A stretch of DNA of 63,200 nt, counting the filler, from Collodictyon triciliatum (Eukaryota), in assembly GCA_043381765.1 (NCBI GenBank). It is 4 parts of 4 records of this genome, joined end to end, with 100 filler letters (N's around TTAATTAATTAA, not from the genome) between each part and the next. Parts side by side here need not be neighbours in the genome. Positions count along the whole stretch, not along the records: positions 27,569 to 51,546 come from JBHJMP010000115.1; positions 51,647 to 63,200 come from JBHJMP010000116.1; 2 more parts are not named here. The stretch is one strand, 5' to 3'. How positions within the stretch are numbered: the stretch's first letter is position 1; each line of letters starts with the position of its first letter. A program made the translations under genes and the position numbers. The notes beneath the pieces were generated by a model. That model made no database searches, was not told where the DNA came from, and worked only from the letters and a program-made list of their open reading frames with translations. Positions 49,571 to 63,087 of this stretch are shown piece by piece.

Positions 49571-51270
49571 TTAATGCGGAGGACTCGTGTACTTTGTCTT
49601 TTCTGCGGGTTTCTCTGTTCCGTGTTGGTGAAGTATCTGCCGAAGCCTCTCGAAATACTCATCAACGTCGATAACAACATTTTGTTCGGTGGGTGGTGGC
49701 GGAAGTCCGGCCAATGGAGAGGCTGTGCCACCACGCTGTTTCCAAATGAATGATACGGGTTATGAGGAAGAATCTGAAACTTTGGGAAGTAAAAGGATGA
49801 ACGGGTCTCCGTAATATGGATGCTATGAAGGTAATCTTGATAACATGCGTACATACAGAGAATGGAATGAATTTTTTTAGCGAGTGTATTTGATATTGTC
49901 GCTCTGCTTGTGATATGTGCTCCTCCAAAATATCAACAGATCTGCCAATCTTTGAAATCAGGGCCTGGAAAAAAAATATCGGTGAATAGATATAGACATA
50001 CATACTACACATTGTTTTCAATATCCTTTGGGAGAAACAAAAAAAAAGAGATTTAAAAAGAATCTCTCAATGTAGAATGAAAAACAGTCAAGTGTAAAAA
50101 GTGAGAGAAATGCAGGAGAAAAGCCAAAGAAAAAATCGCGTCTGACTCGCTGGTTCAGAATTATAAAAAGGAGTAGAAAAAAATTCGCAACTTACATCCA
50201 ACATATCAATAGTGATGAAAGCACGCTCAAGGCTACGAGTCTTGTTCTTTATTTCAGGGATAATAGCTGCATCTAGTTGAACAATTTCGTCTTGCATCTG
50301 GAATTATTATTGAAAGAAATATCATATAACTACTGAACATTGAAGTTGCATGGTGCTAAAAACATCATCCTCCCAAAGTATGTGTCATTGCTTGTTTCTA
50401 ATTTACATGCTCTTCTACACTTTTACAAATATTTCAAGTCTAACAGGACCTACATCATGTCTCAATTTCTCTTGTTCCGCCAATTTCAGGCGAAGGTAGG
50501 CGAGCTTCCCGTTCAAAGTGGCATGCTTTTATATTATAAATTGTGGATAAGTGAATGCAGATAGTTCGGGTGAACATCAACATCAATATCAACACCAATA
50601 TCAACATCAATATCAACATCAACATCAATATCATTATTGTTAAATATCCAAAGTTAAAAAAGACACCAATAGAATTTTTTTGGGAGAAGTGTCTGAATAC
50701 GAATGAATTTTTTTTTGTATCCTCTATAGCACTCGAAAAAAATTATTGTAAACTGCGAAATCAATCGTTGAAAAATGCATTATTTTTTTCTTTGCTAAGC
50801 AACATAAATCCATAAATGAATGAGAAAACATATTGAATAAATTTCGATGTATTTAATTGTAAAAATTAGTTCAAAATAGTAACAATAGTCATTGGTGTGA
50901 ATATCTAGGTGATAGATATATATATATCTTTCGATAAAAAGATAATAATAAACTGTATAGGTCCTTCAAATAAGGGATAAACCTGCATAAAGCTCAGGCA
51001 CAATAAAAAAAAAAAAAAGAAAAAGAAAAGGAATGAATCCTGCTATTATCTGCCTGTTAGCTCCTGAAATTTTTTTTTTTTTAAAAAAAAAACATCCATA
51101 CAATATATTTCTTTTTTGTTCAAAAAAAAAAAAAAGGAGGAAGCGAGCAAAATAAAAGAGAGACAATCTATTCGTACCTGTTCCATTAGGAGTGGATTTG
51201 CTGAAGGCGTGGGAAAAACCCGTGCATAATCGCACGCGGCCTTCTCTAAAAGAATCTCTGTGGGTATAGT
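49571..51270 (-). CDS. BLOC-1 subunit 4 (cappuccino)-like protein; 5' end uncertain near the gap
   Basis: Spliced LEKAACDYA..., IPEIKNKTRSLERAFITIDMLD/ALISKIGRSVDILEEHISQAE and VIDVDEYF resemble, from memory, the BLOC1S4 pattern 'PRIHAKAAEMRRIYSRIDRLEAFVRMV...MEEQVTKAE...EDYF'. Confidence 0.55.
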
Positions 51271-51364
51271 AAAGTCATGCTCCTTCTCCGCACCTTCGCT
51301 CTTTTTGTACGCTAGGCTGAATGAAATTTACGGAAGATTAAATCGAAGTCGAACCTTTAAAGAT

Positions 51365-51546
51365 GATAATAATAATAGTAATAATAATAGTAATAGTAAT
51401 AATAATAGTAATAATAATAGTAATAATAATAGTAATAGTGATAGTAATAGTAATAGTAATAGTAATAGTAATAGTAATAGTAATAGTAATAGTAATAGTA
51501 ATAGTAATAGTAATAGTAATAGTAATAGTAATAGTAATAGTAATAG
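51365..51546. repeat. (AATAGT)n microsatellite abutting a gap
   Basis: Direct inspection. Confidence 0.95.
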
Positions 51547-51837
51547 NNNNNNNNNNNNNNNNNNNNNNNNNNNNNNNNNNNNNNNNNNNNTTAATTAATT
51601 AANNNNNNNNNNNNNNNNNNNNNNNNNNNNNNNNNNNNNNNNNNNNAAGAGGAAAGAGAAAAGAGGAAAGAGAAAAGAGAAAAGAGAAAAGATAAAGGAA
51701 AGAGACAGTTTGATATTAATCACGAAAGCCACTTAGCTGATACACTATGTCATTCATTTGCGTGAATACGTATTCACACATATATCGGTTTTCTCTTTTA
51801 TTTTACTTAAAAAATCTTTTTATTGCAATACCACAGT

Positions 51838-52671
51838 TTCCAAGTCGAATGCCGAATTGGAATCTATTGTACAAAAATTAGAGGATGAGTTTCTTGAGGT
51901 ATCGATGTCGACAAATACGTAAGAAATGCTTTGTCTTTTTCTTTTCACCATTCTCCTTTGATGGCATTAAAACATATAAATATGCGTTGAATTCACAGCG
52001 AATGTCATTTGGTTATGAGTTACATTCTGACCTTTTTCTCTCAACCAAATGACTGCAATGATTATGACGATTTTCCATTTCCAATCATCCCACCCATGCA
52101 TTCATACTGCGAATCGCAAGTCTCGACCACAAGTCAAAGGTTGAGCTTGAACAGGTACGATTATACCATCCTTTAGGGTTATAGACTTTGATTATGATAC
52201 CCACACATATTTTATTTCAGGGATTTTAAATTTGTTGGGATAAATGGCTGTAATTTTTTTTTTTTGTTACACTGCAAAGGAGACTGAATCGCTCTCGGCC
52301 CAAATTAAGAGTATTCAAAGGGAAAATACGGAATTATTGTCCTCCGTAAACTTGCTCAAAGACCATGTAATACTCTCAAAAAAGATATATCAGGAAAAAA
52401 AATCAAGTGTAGAAATAATGAGAACAGTAACTGACAAAAACATACCTATTGATTATTTTTTTTACCTGGATATTCGAATTTATTTCATATGATAATTACA
52501 CCGAAAGTTACACAACAGACACGCCAAAAACTATCGCCCTATTCTTTTTTTTTATTTCAAGAGATTATATTCAGTGACACACATAAACAGGTTGATTCGA
52601 TGCGCCGGATGCGTGGACTTTCGCCTTTGCCACCGATTGAAGCCGATGTGTTTGGCGATGTTTCGAACTAG
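51838..52671 (+). CDS. Small coiled-coil protein, 5' end missing (tentatively SKA2-like)
   Basis: Exons SKSNAELESIVQKLEDEFLE, LDHKSKVELEQ, ETESLSAQIKSIQRENTELL and QVDSMRRMRGLSPLPPIE have good donor sites. The SKA2 resemblance is weak. Confidence 0.45.
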
Positions 52672-53224
52672 CTCCTTTTGTGATAAATCTTTTGGTTGGA
52701 GGAGATATACGGCTTTGTCCAGAATCCTGGACTGGTGTAGAGCGATTCCTCGGATCTTTTTTTCCTCCTCCTTTGCTGTTCTCGGTTTCTTTTTACTCGT
52801 TTCTTTCTTCCTTTCTTTCTTACGTTGATGAGTTCAAACCAATATTCGACTCGCTGGATTTTCTTGACCCAGATTCTTTCTTTTTTAAATAATTCTTTCG
52901 TTTTGTTTTAGCAAACACAAGTGATAACAAAGTCCAACAAAAACAAAAAATATTTCACTTCGGAAGAATGAAGATAACAAAATCCGAATTCTTTTTTACT
53001 TTATTTATTCATATGATAGGGAAACAATAAAGCGAATGCTGAAAGAGCGATAACAAGCGTATCGAGCCTTTTTTTTTTTTCCTTGGCATTTTCTCTTTTC
53101 CTCGAACAGGCATTCATTCACTTTTTTTTTTGTTTTTCTTTCTTTCACATAGTGACAAAACAGAAACAAAGCGATATCAATTTTTCTTCTTTTCTTTGTT
53201 ATTTGAAGAAAAAAAAAGATTTCT

Positions 53225-56200
53225 TTAGACAAGAAACACAGAATCCAAAACAGCAACACCGGCTGCGACTCCGCCATCGTCGTTCTCTGCGGCCTTTGAG
53301 CGGAGCAGATAACCTCCCGCTTCGTTGTGCAGCAGGTCGGAACCGCGGCTGCACAATACAATACAATACAATACAATACAATACAATACAATACAATACA
53401 ATACAATACAATACAATACAATACAATACAATACAATACAATACAATACAATACAATACAAACATAGATAAATACATTTGAAAAAATTAGGAGGCTGATT
53501 ATATTAATATATATTCCTTTTTTTTTTTGTTTTAGAAAAAGGTTGGCATGTGAAAACTGAAGTATATCGAATGCGAAAAGAGCGGGTTTACGAAAGATTG
53601 TAAAAACCTGATAAGCATTCCGAAGATTCCAAGTTCTGCGACCAGATTTGCTGGAGTGACCGACCCTTCACGAACATAGTATCCTTTGACATAGGGTGGA
53701 TAAAGGCGCTGATGGCAAGATGAAAGTAAGAGAAAAAAAAAAGATACGGAAGTGTTATTCTAATGCCAATTCACATGTGCTATTTATCTACATTCTTGAA
53801 TGCATGGAGATGAGGTTCATCGAAACGATTACTGTCGATTGGGATAGATTAATTATATTTTCCAATCANNNNNNNNNNNNNNNNNNNNNNNNNNNNNNNN
53901 NNNNNNNNNNNNNNNNNNNNNNNNNNNNNNNNNNNNNNNNNNNNNNNNNNNNNNNNNNNNNNNNNNNNNNNNNNNNNNNNNNNNNNNNNNNNNNNNNNNN
54001 NNNNNNNNNNNNNNNNNNNNNNNNNNNNNNNNNNNNNNNNNNNNNNNNNNNNNNNNNNNNNNNNNNNNNNNNNNNNNNNNNNNNNNNNNNNNNNNNNNNN
54101 NNNNNNNNNNNNNNNNNNNNNNNNNNNNNNNNNNNNNNNNNNNNNNNNNNNNNNNNNNNNNNNNNNNNNNNNNNNNNNNNNNNNNNNNNNNNNNNNNNNN
54201 NNNNNNNNNNNNNNNNNNNNNNNNNNNNNNNNNNNNNNNNNNNNNNGGATGAGACGCGCCTCTTCAGAATTCACAAAGCGCTCCACATTGCCTGGTTCTG
54301 CGAGCACTTGCTGGAACTTCTTGGCACCAACAAGGTGAACTGCTATGTTGGGGCACTTAATGGCAACAGATTTCTCGATGTTTAGGCGGGCTTCCCATTC
54401 CTAAGAAAAATGAGTTTAAAATGCACGTAAATAAAGCATCAGCACGACATAGAAAGTCTTGTTAGTGATATTCTCATCTCGTATTCTTCTGTTGGGCTGC
54501 AATCAAAACATGGAGCCGCTATAACCACAACAGGCAAAATAACTATCATTAAACCAAAATCCTGAATACCTTTTCACTTGGATAGTCGTTCGGAGTGTAT
54601 CCAGCCCGGAAATACGCGACAGAAACCTCATTACCGTCGCTGGGATATTTTGAAAATAGAAAGAGAGAAACGCATGAAAAGAATGAGACAATTCCTTCTA
54701 TACTGATATGCAAATCTGACAATAGATTTCATCTCTTTGCTTGAGGATAATAACGGTGAGAATGAGAATTTTAGAGCGGTAGAAAAGGTAATTAATTGAA
54801 TACATATGTATGCCCATTATAGGCCAAAAGTAAAAGAAACGAGAGAGAAGGAAGTACATAGTTATCTTGTGAGTTTCTGGGTCCAAAATGGCATTTTTGG
54901 CAAAGTCCGTCAGGGTTCGTCGTATCAGTTTCACATGAAATGTAAGGTACTCGTAAAGGGAAACAAAAACATAGACCAGCGAATTGTTTAAAATCGGCAA
55001 TAAGATATAAAGTCTAGTTTCCTAATTATTCATGAATTGAATGTCCTCAAAAAAAAAAAAAAAAAAGAAGAGAAGAGAGAAACTACAGCTGAAGGATATT
55101 TCACCCACAAGTCGTGTTCCACAAACCATTGATCCAAAGCATTTCGTTCATTTTCTTGAACAATCATCACAACTACCGAGCTTTTTCCCCCCAGGAAAAT
55201 CAGAACACATAAACGAAATATGAATTCAAAGATAAAGTGAAAAATGAAAAAGTGAAATTTTTCTTAGGATAAATTATATAGTATAATTGGTAATGAAAAT
55301 TATAATTTGGCTCATTTTCCAAACAGCCAGAATTTCAATCGAAGGCAAATACTTTGGCACTGCATAAAGCTTATGAGCGCGGGCAAGAGCTTCAACAATA
55401 TTTTGTCTGGCGTGATTGACAGGCTGCTCAAACTTGGAGAAAGGCTCAGCAGACTCAAATCCGACTGCATACCTAAAATAATCACCACTCATTCTTGGTC
55501 CAACCAGACTGTTTTTAAAAAAAGAATATACGAATAAAATATTTGCAGCTTTGACCAGCTCAATGTAGATCAACGCCTTATCACAAAAAATTTCACGTGA
55601 TTCAACGAAAAAAAAAAAAGACTTTGTTTATGTAAATGCAAGTTTTGACATTCGACTAGAGCATACCGATGTGCATCAGAAACGTTTGTTCCCAGACAGC
55701 CAAACGAAGATGCAATCGTATTAATTTCCACTTGTCGAATGGAAAACCCGTGACCTGTTTCTTGCAGCATATAGTCCGAGCGCAAAATACCCAAAGTAAT
55801 CGGCTGGTGATACAGAAGGTTATCAAAACTTTGAACACAAAGATGAGATCGAAAGCGATATTATGATTATTACTGCGATGATAATTCTATGGAGATAGTT
55901 TCAATGATTTGTGTTAACAATAATCACCTGCTTCACTCCTTCCGCAAGGACAGCTTCATGTATTTTAAGCAAACGCCCTGTAAATTCATCAGCCAGAGAG
56001 ACCCTATGCAAATTTTCTCAGGCGAATAATAATAATAATGATAATAATAATGATAATAATAATGATAATAATAATGATAATAATAATGATAATAATAATA
56101 ATAATAATGATAATAATAATGATAATAATAATGATAATAATAATGATAATAATAATGATAATAATAATAACAATAATAATAACAATAATAATAACAATAA

Positions 56201-56958
56201 TAATAACAATAATAATAACAATAATAATAACAATAATAATAACAATAATAATAACAATAATAATAACAATANNNNNNNNNNNNNNNNNNNNNNNNNNNNN
56301 NNNNNNNNNNNNNNNNNNNNNNNNNNNNNNNNNNNNNNNNNNNNNNNNNNNNNNNNNNNNNNNNNNNNNNNAACAATAATAATAACAATAATAATAACAA
56401 TAATAATAACAATAATAATAACAATAATAATAACAATAATAATAACAATAATAATAACAATAATAATAATGATAATAATAATAGTAGTAGTAGTAGTTTG
56501 AGCAATTCAAAAGAATAAACCCCCAATTCTGAAAAAATCCCGAAAAAGAAGAAAAAACAAACAAACAAACAAACAAACCCCGCTAAAGACTTGTGGAGAA
56601 AAGCCACGTCAAGACTTGCCCGATGGACGAGCTTCCCAAAGTGCGGAGCCAATTCGAGAGCATGTTTAAACTCAGCCTTTGGAAAGGCCGAAGGAAACAG
56701 CGAATAGGGGACCGGAACGTACGAGGCAGGAATCTTTGAGGCCGGATCGACGCTGGCAAAGGGAGGCAGAAACAGAGTCCCGTGTGCAGCGCCGAAGCGA
56801 AGCGTGTGGTGAAGGAAACGGGCGATCACTTCAGAGTCGGTCACAACAGCCGCAGAGTCGTCTGTGCAGTCCAAAGAACCCCGCGTCTGAGACTGTGCAC
56901 GGAGAAATCCGTCGTGGGCTGCGCTCTTTGGGCGTTTGCTTTGCGGCAGTTCGCTCAT
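53225..56958 (-). CDS. GSS: Eukaryotic-type glutathione synthetase (internal gaps)
   Basis: PYSLFPSAFP, LGILRSDYML, QVEINTIASSFG, ERNAL.DQ-like and KCPNIAVHLVGAKKFQ segments, ELGIFG, and C-terminal GYLLRSK...DGGVAAGVAVLDSVFLV-TAA. Confidence 0.93.
53355..53461. repeat. (AATAC)n microsatellite in the last GSS intron
   Basis: Direct inspection. Confidence 0.95.
56026..56496. repeat. (AAT)3GAT / (AAT)3AAC compound repeat in GSS intron 1
   Basis: Direct inspection. Confidence 0.95.
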
Positions 56959-57592
56959 GGTGGTCTTCTCGTTCTGTTGAGTTTGGTTTGGTTTGGTTTG
57001 GTTTGGTTTGGTTTGGTTTTATTCACACTCTAAACAAAAAACTGGGCGTTCTTTTGAGCATCTTCGCCAGACTTTCAAGTTGACTGGGTTGGCAGCTGTT
57101 TTTTTCCCTTATCTTTTTTTTTGGACAGGCATTTGAGAGTTTGTTTCTTTTAAAAAAGATGAAAAATAAATAAACAAACAAACAAACAAACAAACAAACA
57201 AACAAACAAACAAACAAACAAACAAACAAACAAACAAACAAACAAACAAACAAACAAACAAACAAACAACAGCTTGGAAAGGAATGTGCAAAGCCACAGA
57301 TAAATGTTCCTGGGTGTATTTGTCTTTGAGCCACAACCCATTAACCACCACAACTCAGACCGTTTGCAATCTGCATTATACGGCTGTTTTGATTCCACAC
57401 CATCACTGCATATGGCTTCATGACGCGACTGTCAATGATTCTTTTATTCTTCTCTTTTTGCTCTGTTTCCCGACAACCGCCCGAATAAAATGCGTGAATC
57501 CGCCTTTAAAGTGTGTCTGTTGAGTTACAGCATTTGTTTCGCTCGGTGCGCTTCGTTTCGAACATGTGTGTATCATTACTACTCGACAAAAT

Positions 57593-59529
57593 CTAGTGAG
57601 AAGGAAGCAGATGCGCTTGAATATGGTCTCCCTCACGGATGACAAGAGAGCCATCTCGAGGATTCTTTGTAGGCAAAATCAGGAGCGCTTCGGCACTGAC
57701 CGCGCTGAGAAGCCGAGAACTATCCTACACGCGAAACGATGAGGACTCCATATGTTTTTTCTCTCAATTTTCTTTGTATCCCCTCTGTGACAATATTTCA
57801 TGCTAATGAATGAGCGTGTGAGATGAAATACCATTCTGTAAACCAATACTGAAAGGTACCATTATCGCTTCTAGAAAAAAAAAGGGCACTCGTTTTCAAA
57901 ACCAACAACGCAGGTGGAAAAAATATCGACTCCATTTGTCTTACTTGTTTTCCAGTGCTGCAGGCAACAAAACAGTTTTCCTTAGCCAACCATTGCACAA
58001 GAGCCCGGTGATATTCAGGTCTCTCGGGATCGAGTTTGATATCAGAAAGAACCTGCTCGTGAAGCATTTTTGAGCTAAATCATTTGGAAATTGAAACTTG
58101 AGGTAAAGTTAAGGATTATTACCTTCACACCAACAACTGGCAGTGTTGTTACTTCGAAGCCAGCCATTTTTCGAATCGAAGGGTAAACGAACAAATAGAA
58201 TGTCACATACGCACTAAACAGGGTATGGTAAAAAATAAATACATCTAGTTACTTAAACATGAAATATTGCTCGGTAAATATGGTTCTTTTTTAAGTTGAG
58301 GGGGAAAAATCGAATACTGGACCACTATTCACAAACCTTACAGGATTTCCGGGAAGGGAAAAAACTAACTTTGAGCTCTGGGAAAGAGACAGAGTAACAG
58401 ATGCAAAGGTTGTCGGCTTACCCGGTTTCATCGATACGCGGCCAAAATGGATTGTGCCTAATGAATGTACATAAAAAGATGTTTATCTTGATTGATTATT
58501 TTGCTTTAACGTTATATCTCAAAAATAAGGATGCATATCTTGTCATTGGTGTTTATTTTCACCTTTTTTCTTTAAAATGTCCTTGAGTAAGTCAAGTTCT
58601 CCCATGGATACTCCCCCAGTTGTGATTAAAATATCTCCCCAGGCTAAGGCCTCATTCATAGTGGTCTCGAGCTGTTGAACCCTGAGCATCAATGACAGGA
58701 ATATTTGCCTTAAGTTTGAACAATATGCAGCCTGAAGGATTGAATTTGATGTTACTTGTCCTTTGCGATTCCAAAATCCTTTATTTGAGCAGGAATTTTG
58801 TGTAAACATGCCATCAACATCGGGCGATTGCTATCTCGTATTTGAAATGTCCCTGGTTGATAAGGTCAAACGTTTCTTTTTGTTTCTTTATTTATTTATT
58901 TATTTATTTTTTTAGCAGTTGTGCAACATTCCATAAATTTGAGATTCTAATGGAGCTGACTAAACAGCAAACACATTTTTATTGTGCTAATGACATAATA
59001 AAACCAATCGTAGGGAAAATTATTTTTTTTTAAAAAAGGTAAAATAGTGTACCAGGCTCTTCTTTGCAATCAACTAGTTCATCTCCAGTAGATAAAAGAG
59101 CAATCTTGGGAACAGAATGGACCGTTACATTATTGAGCCCGACCGATGCAAGAATTCCAATCTCAGCCGGGCCAATCACACACCCCTTTTTAAGCAGCTG
59201 TATATGTGTTTTTTTTTGTTTGTATATAATAATTTTAGTCAACACATAAATGCTATAAAGAAACGAGACGTAAACACTTCTTTTCTTAACTGGGAGGCTA
59301 TTTCAAAAAATGGACCACCAAATCATGTTGTATATTATGGCGGATAAGTGAAAGTCTCACAATCTGTCCTTTTTGAATATCGTAGCCAACCTATTTTTGA
59401 TATTTTGTAATGAAAAGATTTTCAGTGGTACATACACATGAATAAGTAAATGCTTTAAAATTAATCAAAATACAATATAACTATGACAATGCCGATTTTG
59501 TAAGAAACATGCTTTTAAAATAATTATGG

Positions 59530-59590
<61 letters not shown>

Positions 59591-60743
59591 AAAAAAAAAA
59601 AAAAAAGAAAAGAAAAAGCATAAGTCCGAAGCAAACCAGAAAAGGAGAATATGGACGCGCTATGATATTGGTATTCACTACTCACGGGCCGAATATCTTG
59701 ACCCTTGTCAACCTTCTTCAAAACTCGAACAATCAACTCCTCCTCTATTTGACTTCCGTCAAAATCTGAAACTCGCACCTTTACAAGCTCTGTGTCTTCA
59801 ACCATCACAACAGCATCAGCTCCCTCAGGTATTGGAGCCCCTGTAGTAACTCGCACAATCTGCCCTCTTCCTGGGAACAGTGAATCCTGTCCTTCCTTTC
59901 CAACAGGCGGAATCGATGATTCAGATGCCTGGGAAGCTCCGGCTGTGGCACTCCCGACAACCTCGAACTCGCCAATACCATCATCCGAACGCACAGCGTA
60001 TCCATCCTTGATGGATGTTGGGAAGGATGGAAGATTGATTGGCGATGTGATGTCTCTGGCCACGATTCTCCCAACCAACTCGTGCGAGAGAGCCACGTCT
60101 TCAGGCGGGAGTTGCTTCGTTTGCTTGTGTATGATATTCAGACTCTCATCCATAGAAACCATCGGATATGGAGACTTTCTATGGCGCCGAGTAACATTGA
60201 ACGGATTCACATCTGACATATGACCGAGATTATGCGCACTCTTTTGATCACTGGAATGGTTTCCACAATCACAGCAACCTGGATGCCCAGTATGTTGCGT
60301 TGGTTGTATAACAGTCTGTGTGGAGAAGTCAGACGGTGTAAAATGGGGCGTCGAATGTGGCTGAGAAGGCGAGTTGAGCAATCGAATCGCATGCGGGAGT
60401 ATCCCTATGGCTATTTCTAAACATTCTCTGGTTCCTTTACATGCGCAAGTGTTAAAAAAAATAGTCAGAAAATGTCGAATCTAAAGTAACGCTTGTTCTC
60501 TCCTATAGTTTTTTCCATCAATTTCAAACTATCATCATAAAATGAAGATTCATTTTTGCGAATCTAAAATATATGTCTTAACCTTCATAGCGACAAAATA
60601 CGACAAAATGCAACAAAATACGACAAAAATACAACATAACATAAAAACATAAAAAAACATAAAAAAAACATAAAAAAACATAAAAAAAACATAAAAAAAA
60701 CATAAAAAAAACATAAAAAAACAAAAAAAAAACATAAAAAAAA

Positions 60744-60806
<63 letters not shown>

Positions 60807-61969
60807 AAAAAAAATAAAAAAACAAAAAAAAACATAAAAAAACATAAAAAAACATAAAAAAACATAAAAAAACATAAAAAAACATAAAAAAACATAAAAA
60901 AACATAAAAAAACANNNNNNNNNNNNNNNNNNNNNNNNNNNNNNNNNNNNNNNNNNNNNNNNNNNNNNNNNNNNNNNNNNNNNNNNNNNNNNNNNNNNNN
61001 NNNNNNNNNNNNNNACATAAAAAAACATAAAAAAACATAAAAAAACATAAAAAAACATAAAAAAACATAAAAAAACATAAAAAAACATAAAAAACATAAA
61101 AAACATAAAAAAACAAAAAAACCATAAATAAATACACACTTAAATTATATATATAAACCTTTTGGGCTTCCTGGAAGGTTAAGGATGATTGTTTGGTTTC
61201 GGATGCCACATACTGCACGACTCAACGCAGCCATCGGGGTGATTTGGAGAGATTTTTCTAGTATCATGGTTGTGATGCTTGATGCTTGGCGATGAATCAC
61301 TTTTTGTGTGGCCTCTGGAGTTATATCCCTCATAGCTTAAATTTTTTCCCATTAATACAAACATAAGCTTACATAACAAAGATAAAACATTTCATTTTTG
61401 TCAATATGAAAAAAAGATTATTAAGGATAACCATAGAAAAGTGTGTAAGCATTTCCCCAATCATTCACAGCAGATATTAAAATAGATGACTCATGCAACA
61501 AAAGTATGGCAGACCGAATCCAGTCCCTCCAGACGTCAGAATAAGATGAACCCGCACGTCATCGCACAAACGAATGAGATTGTCAGATATGTTCTGGAGG
61601 AGTAAAAAAAGGCTCAGAAAAAGCAAAAGCAAAAGCAAAAGCAAAAGAAAAAACAGCATTACGAAACAGGATAGAACATCATGTGGCGAATCATTTACAA
61701 TCTTTTTTCTTTTTGATCCCACAAGGCAGAATATAGGCAGTTTCGAAGGCACAGCCAGCGTGTGGAAAAGGAGAGACGAACTTGCCCGATGCACACATAA
61801 AGAGCGTTAATACCTGCAACTCGTCAGGCACATAGGTTGTCTCGGTCAGCTCAGCGGCAGCCCACTTGTCCTTGAGCACAGTCTGCACCACTTCGCGGCA
61901 GCGGTCTTGTGTGGGATCGGCTGAGGCGGTGTCTGACACAACAACCAAAGCGACTTTGACGCTGAGCAT
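57593..61969 (-). CDS. GPHN: Gephyrin-type molybdenum insertase (N-terminal MogA/G domain fused to MoeA/E domain)
   Basis: G domain: [45 protein letters not shown] domain: [90 protein letters not shown]. Stop TAG at 57593. Confidence 0.94.
60640..61120. repeat. (AAAAAAACAT)n and poly-A tract in a gephyrin intron
   Basis: Direct inspection. Confidence 0.95.
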
Positions 61970-63087
61970 TGTCCTTCTCCTGGTTGTGCGAGTGGGCGAG
62001 GGAAAGATGAAAAGGAAAAGGAAAAGGAATAGGAAAAGGAAAAGGAAAAGGAAAAGGAAAAGGAAAAGGAAAAGGAAAAGGAAAAGGAAAAGGAAAAGCA
62101 GCTTCGTCGGACTTGGGTGGATAGACTTGTGAAATGATAGAGACGGACTGCAACATAATATTTTCCGTGCTGAGGCGCACCCTAACGTATTTGCTACTTG
62201 ATATGCGCCACTTGTATTTTATTTTCCTTCAACAAGGACAGAACTGGAGCAAGTTTTGGCATGATGACCTATAACAGGAAGCCGCTCAGTCGGGCGGCGG
62301 ATGCAAACAAGCCAGAGCAGCTGGTGGAGGGCACCAAAAGGCTGAAAGAGATGGCGGGCAAGAGTGGATGCAATCTTGGGATTCTAAGTGCTCCGGCAAG
62401 GCTCTTCTCGAAATGCGTGAATTGTGATATGTAATCGGCGCTATTCCCATTTCTTTTCTTCATTAACAATAGCAATAACAATAAAAAAAAACATGCAGAA
62501 AGTAACTTACATCGCGCGGAGATGCCCAATGTCCCCTCAATTGAGATGATTAAACCGAGGCAGCGAGCAGTGGCGTAAACTTAAAGGTGATGCAAGAGCG
62601 ATTTGGATTTCAAATGACTTGGAAGCTTCGTAAAAAGTGCGATAGATTCCCCTTTTTTTTTCGGCCACTCGTTTGTGCGTGGAATACTGAAGCGATCAGC
62701 ATATGAACACTATCAAAGTAGAAGCGAAAAGATACATGACGAAGAAAAAAAAAGAAGTAAAACCTCGGTTAATGCGTTTCCTATCTTGTGGATATCCGCT
62801 ATGGATAATAAAACTTTTTTTTTTTTTTGCGTATTTCGGTGCTGATGAAACTAATATCTCAAGTGTGTCTTAATGTCTTCATGGCAACTCCGCAGCTTCG
62901 ACACACACCGACACAAATAAAAAGAAGAAAAAGAAGCCATCATCACAGCCATTGTGGGTTATGTTTTGTAGCCAGTTTCCTGGAAACGCATAACAACACA
63001 GCATAGAGAAGCGAGGTGCCCTAAATATTCTTGCTTACGCTGTCGCAGTTCGGACAGGACTTATGTTACAGAGAAGACTAGGCGAGC

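Noticed and set aside
50021..50029. ATATCCTTT / GTATCCTTT U12-type donor-like strings (also ~13180, ~29464 and ~53680)
   Set aside because: They are on the wrong strand or not at an exon boundary required by the protein, so no minor-spliceosome intron is supported.
62261..62434. Possible first exon MMTYNRKPLSR... divergent from gephyrin
   Set aside because: I could not trace downstream exons or recognise the peptide, so there is too little support to call a CDS.
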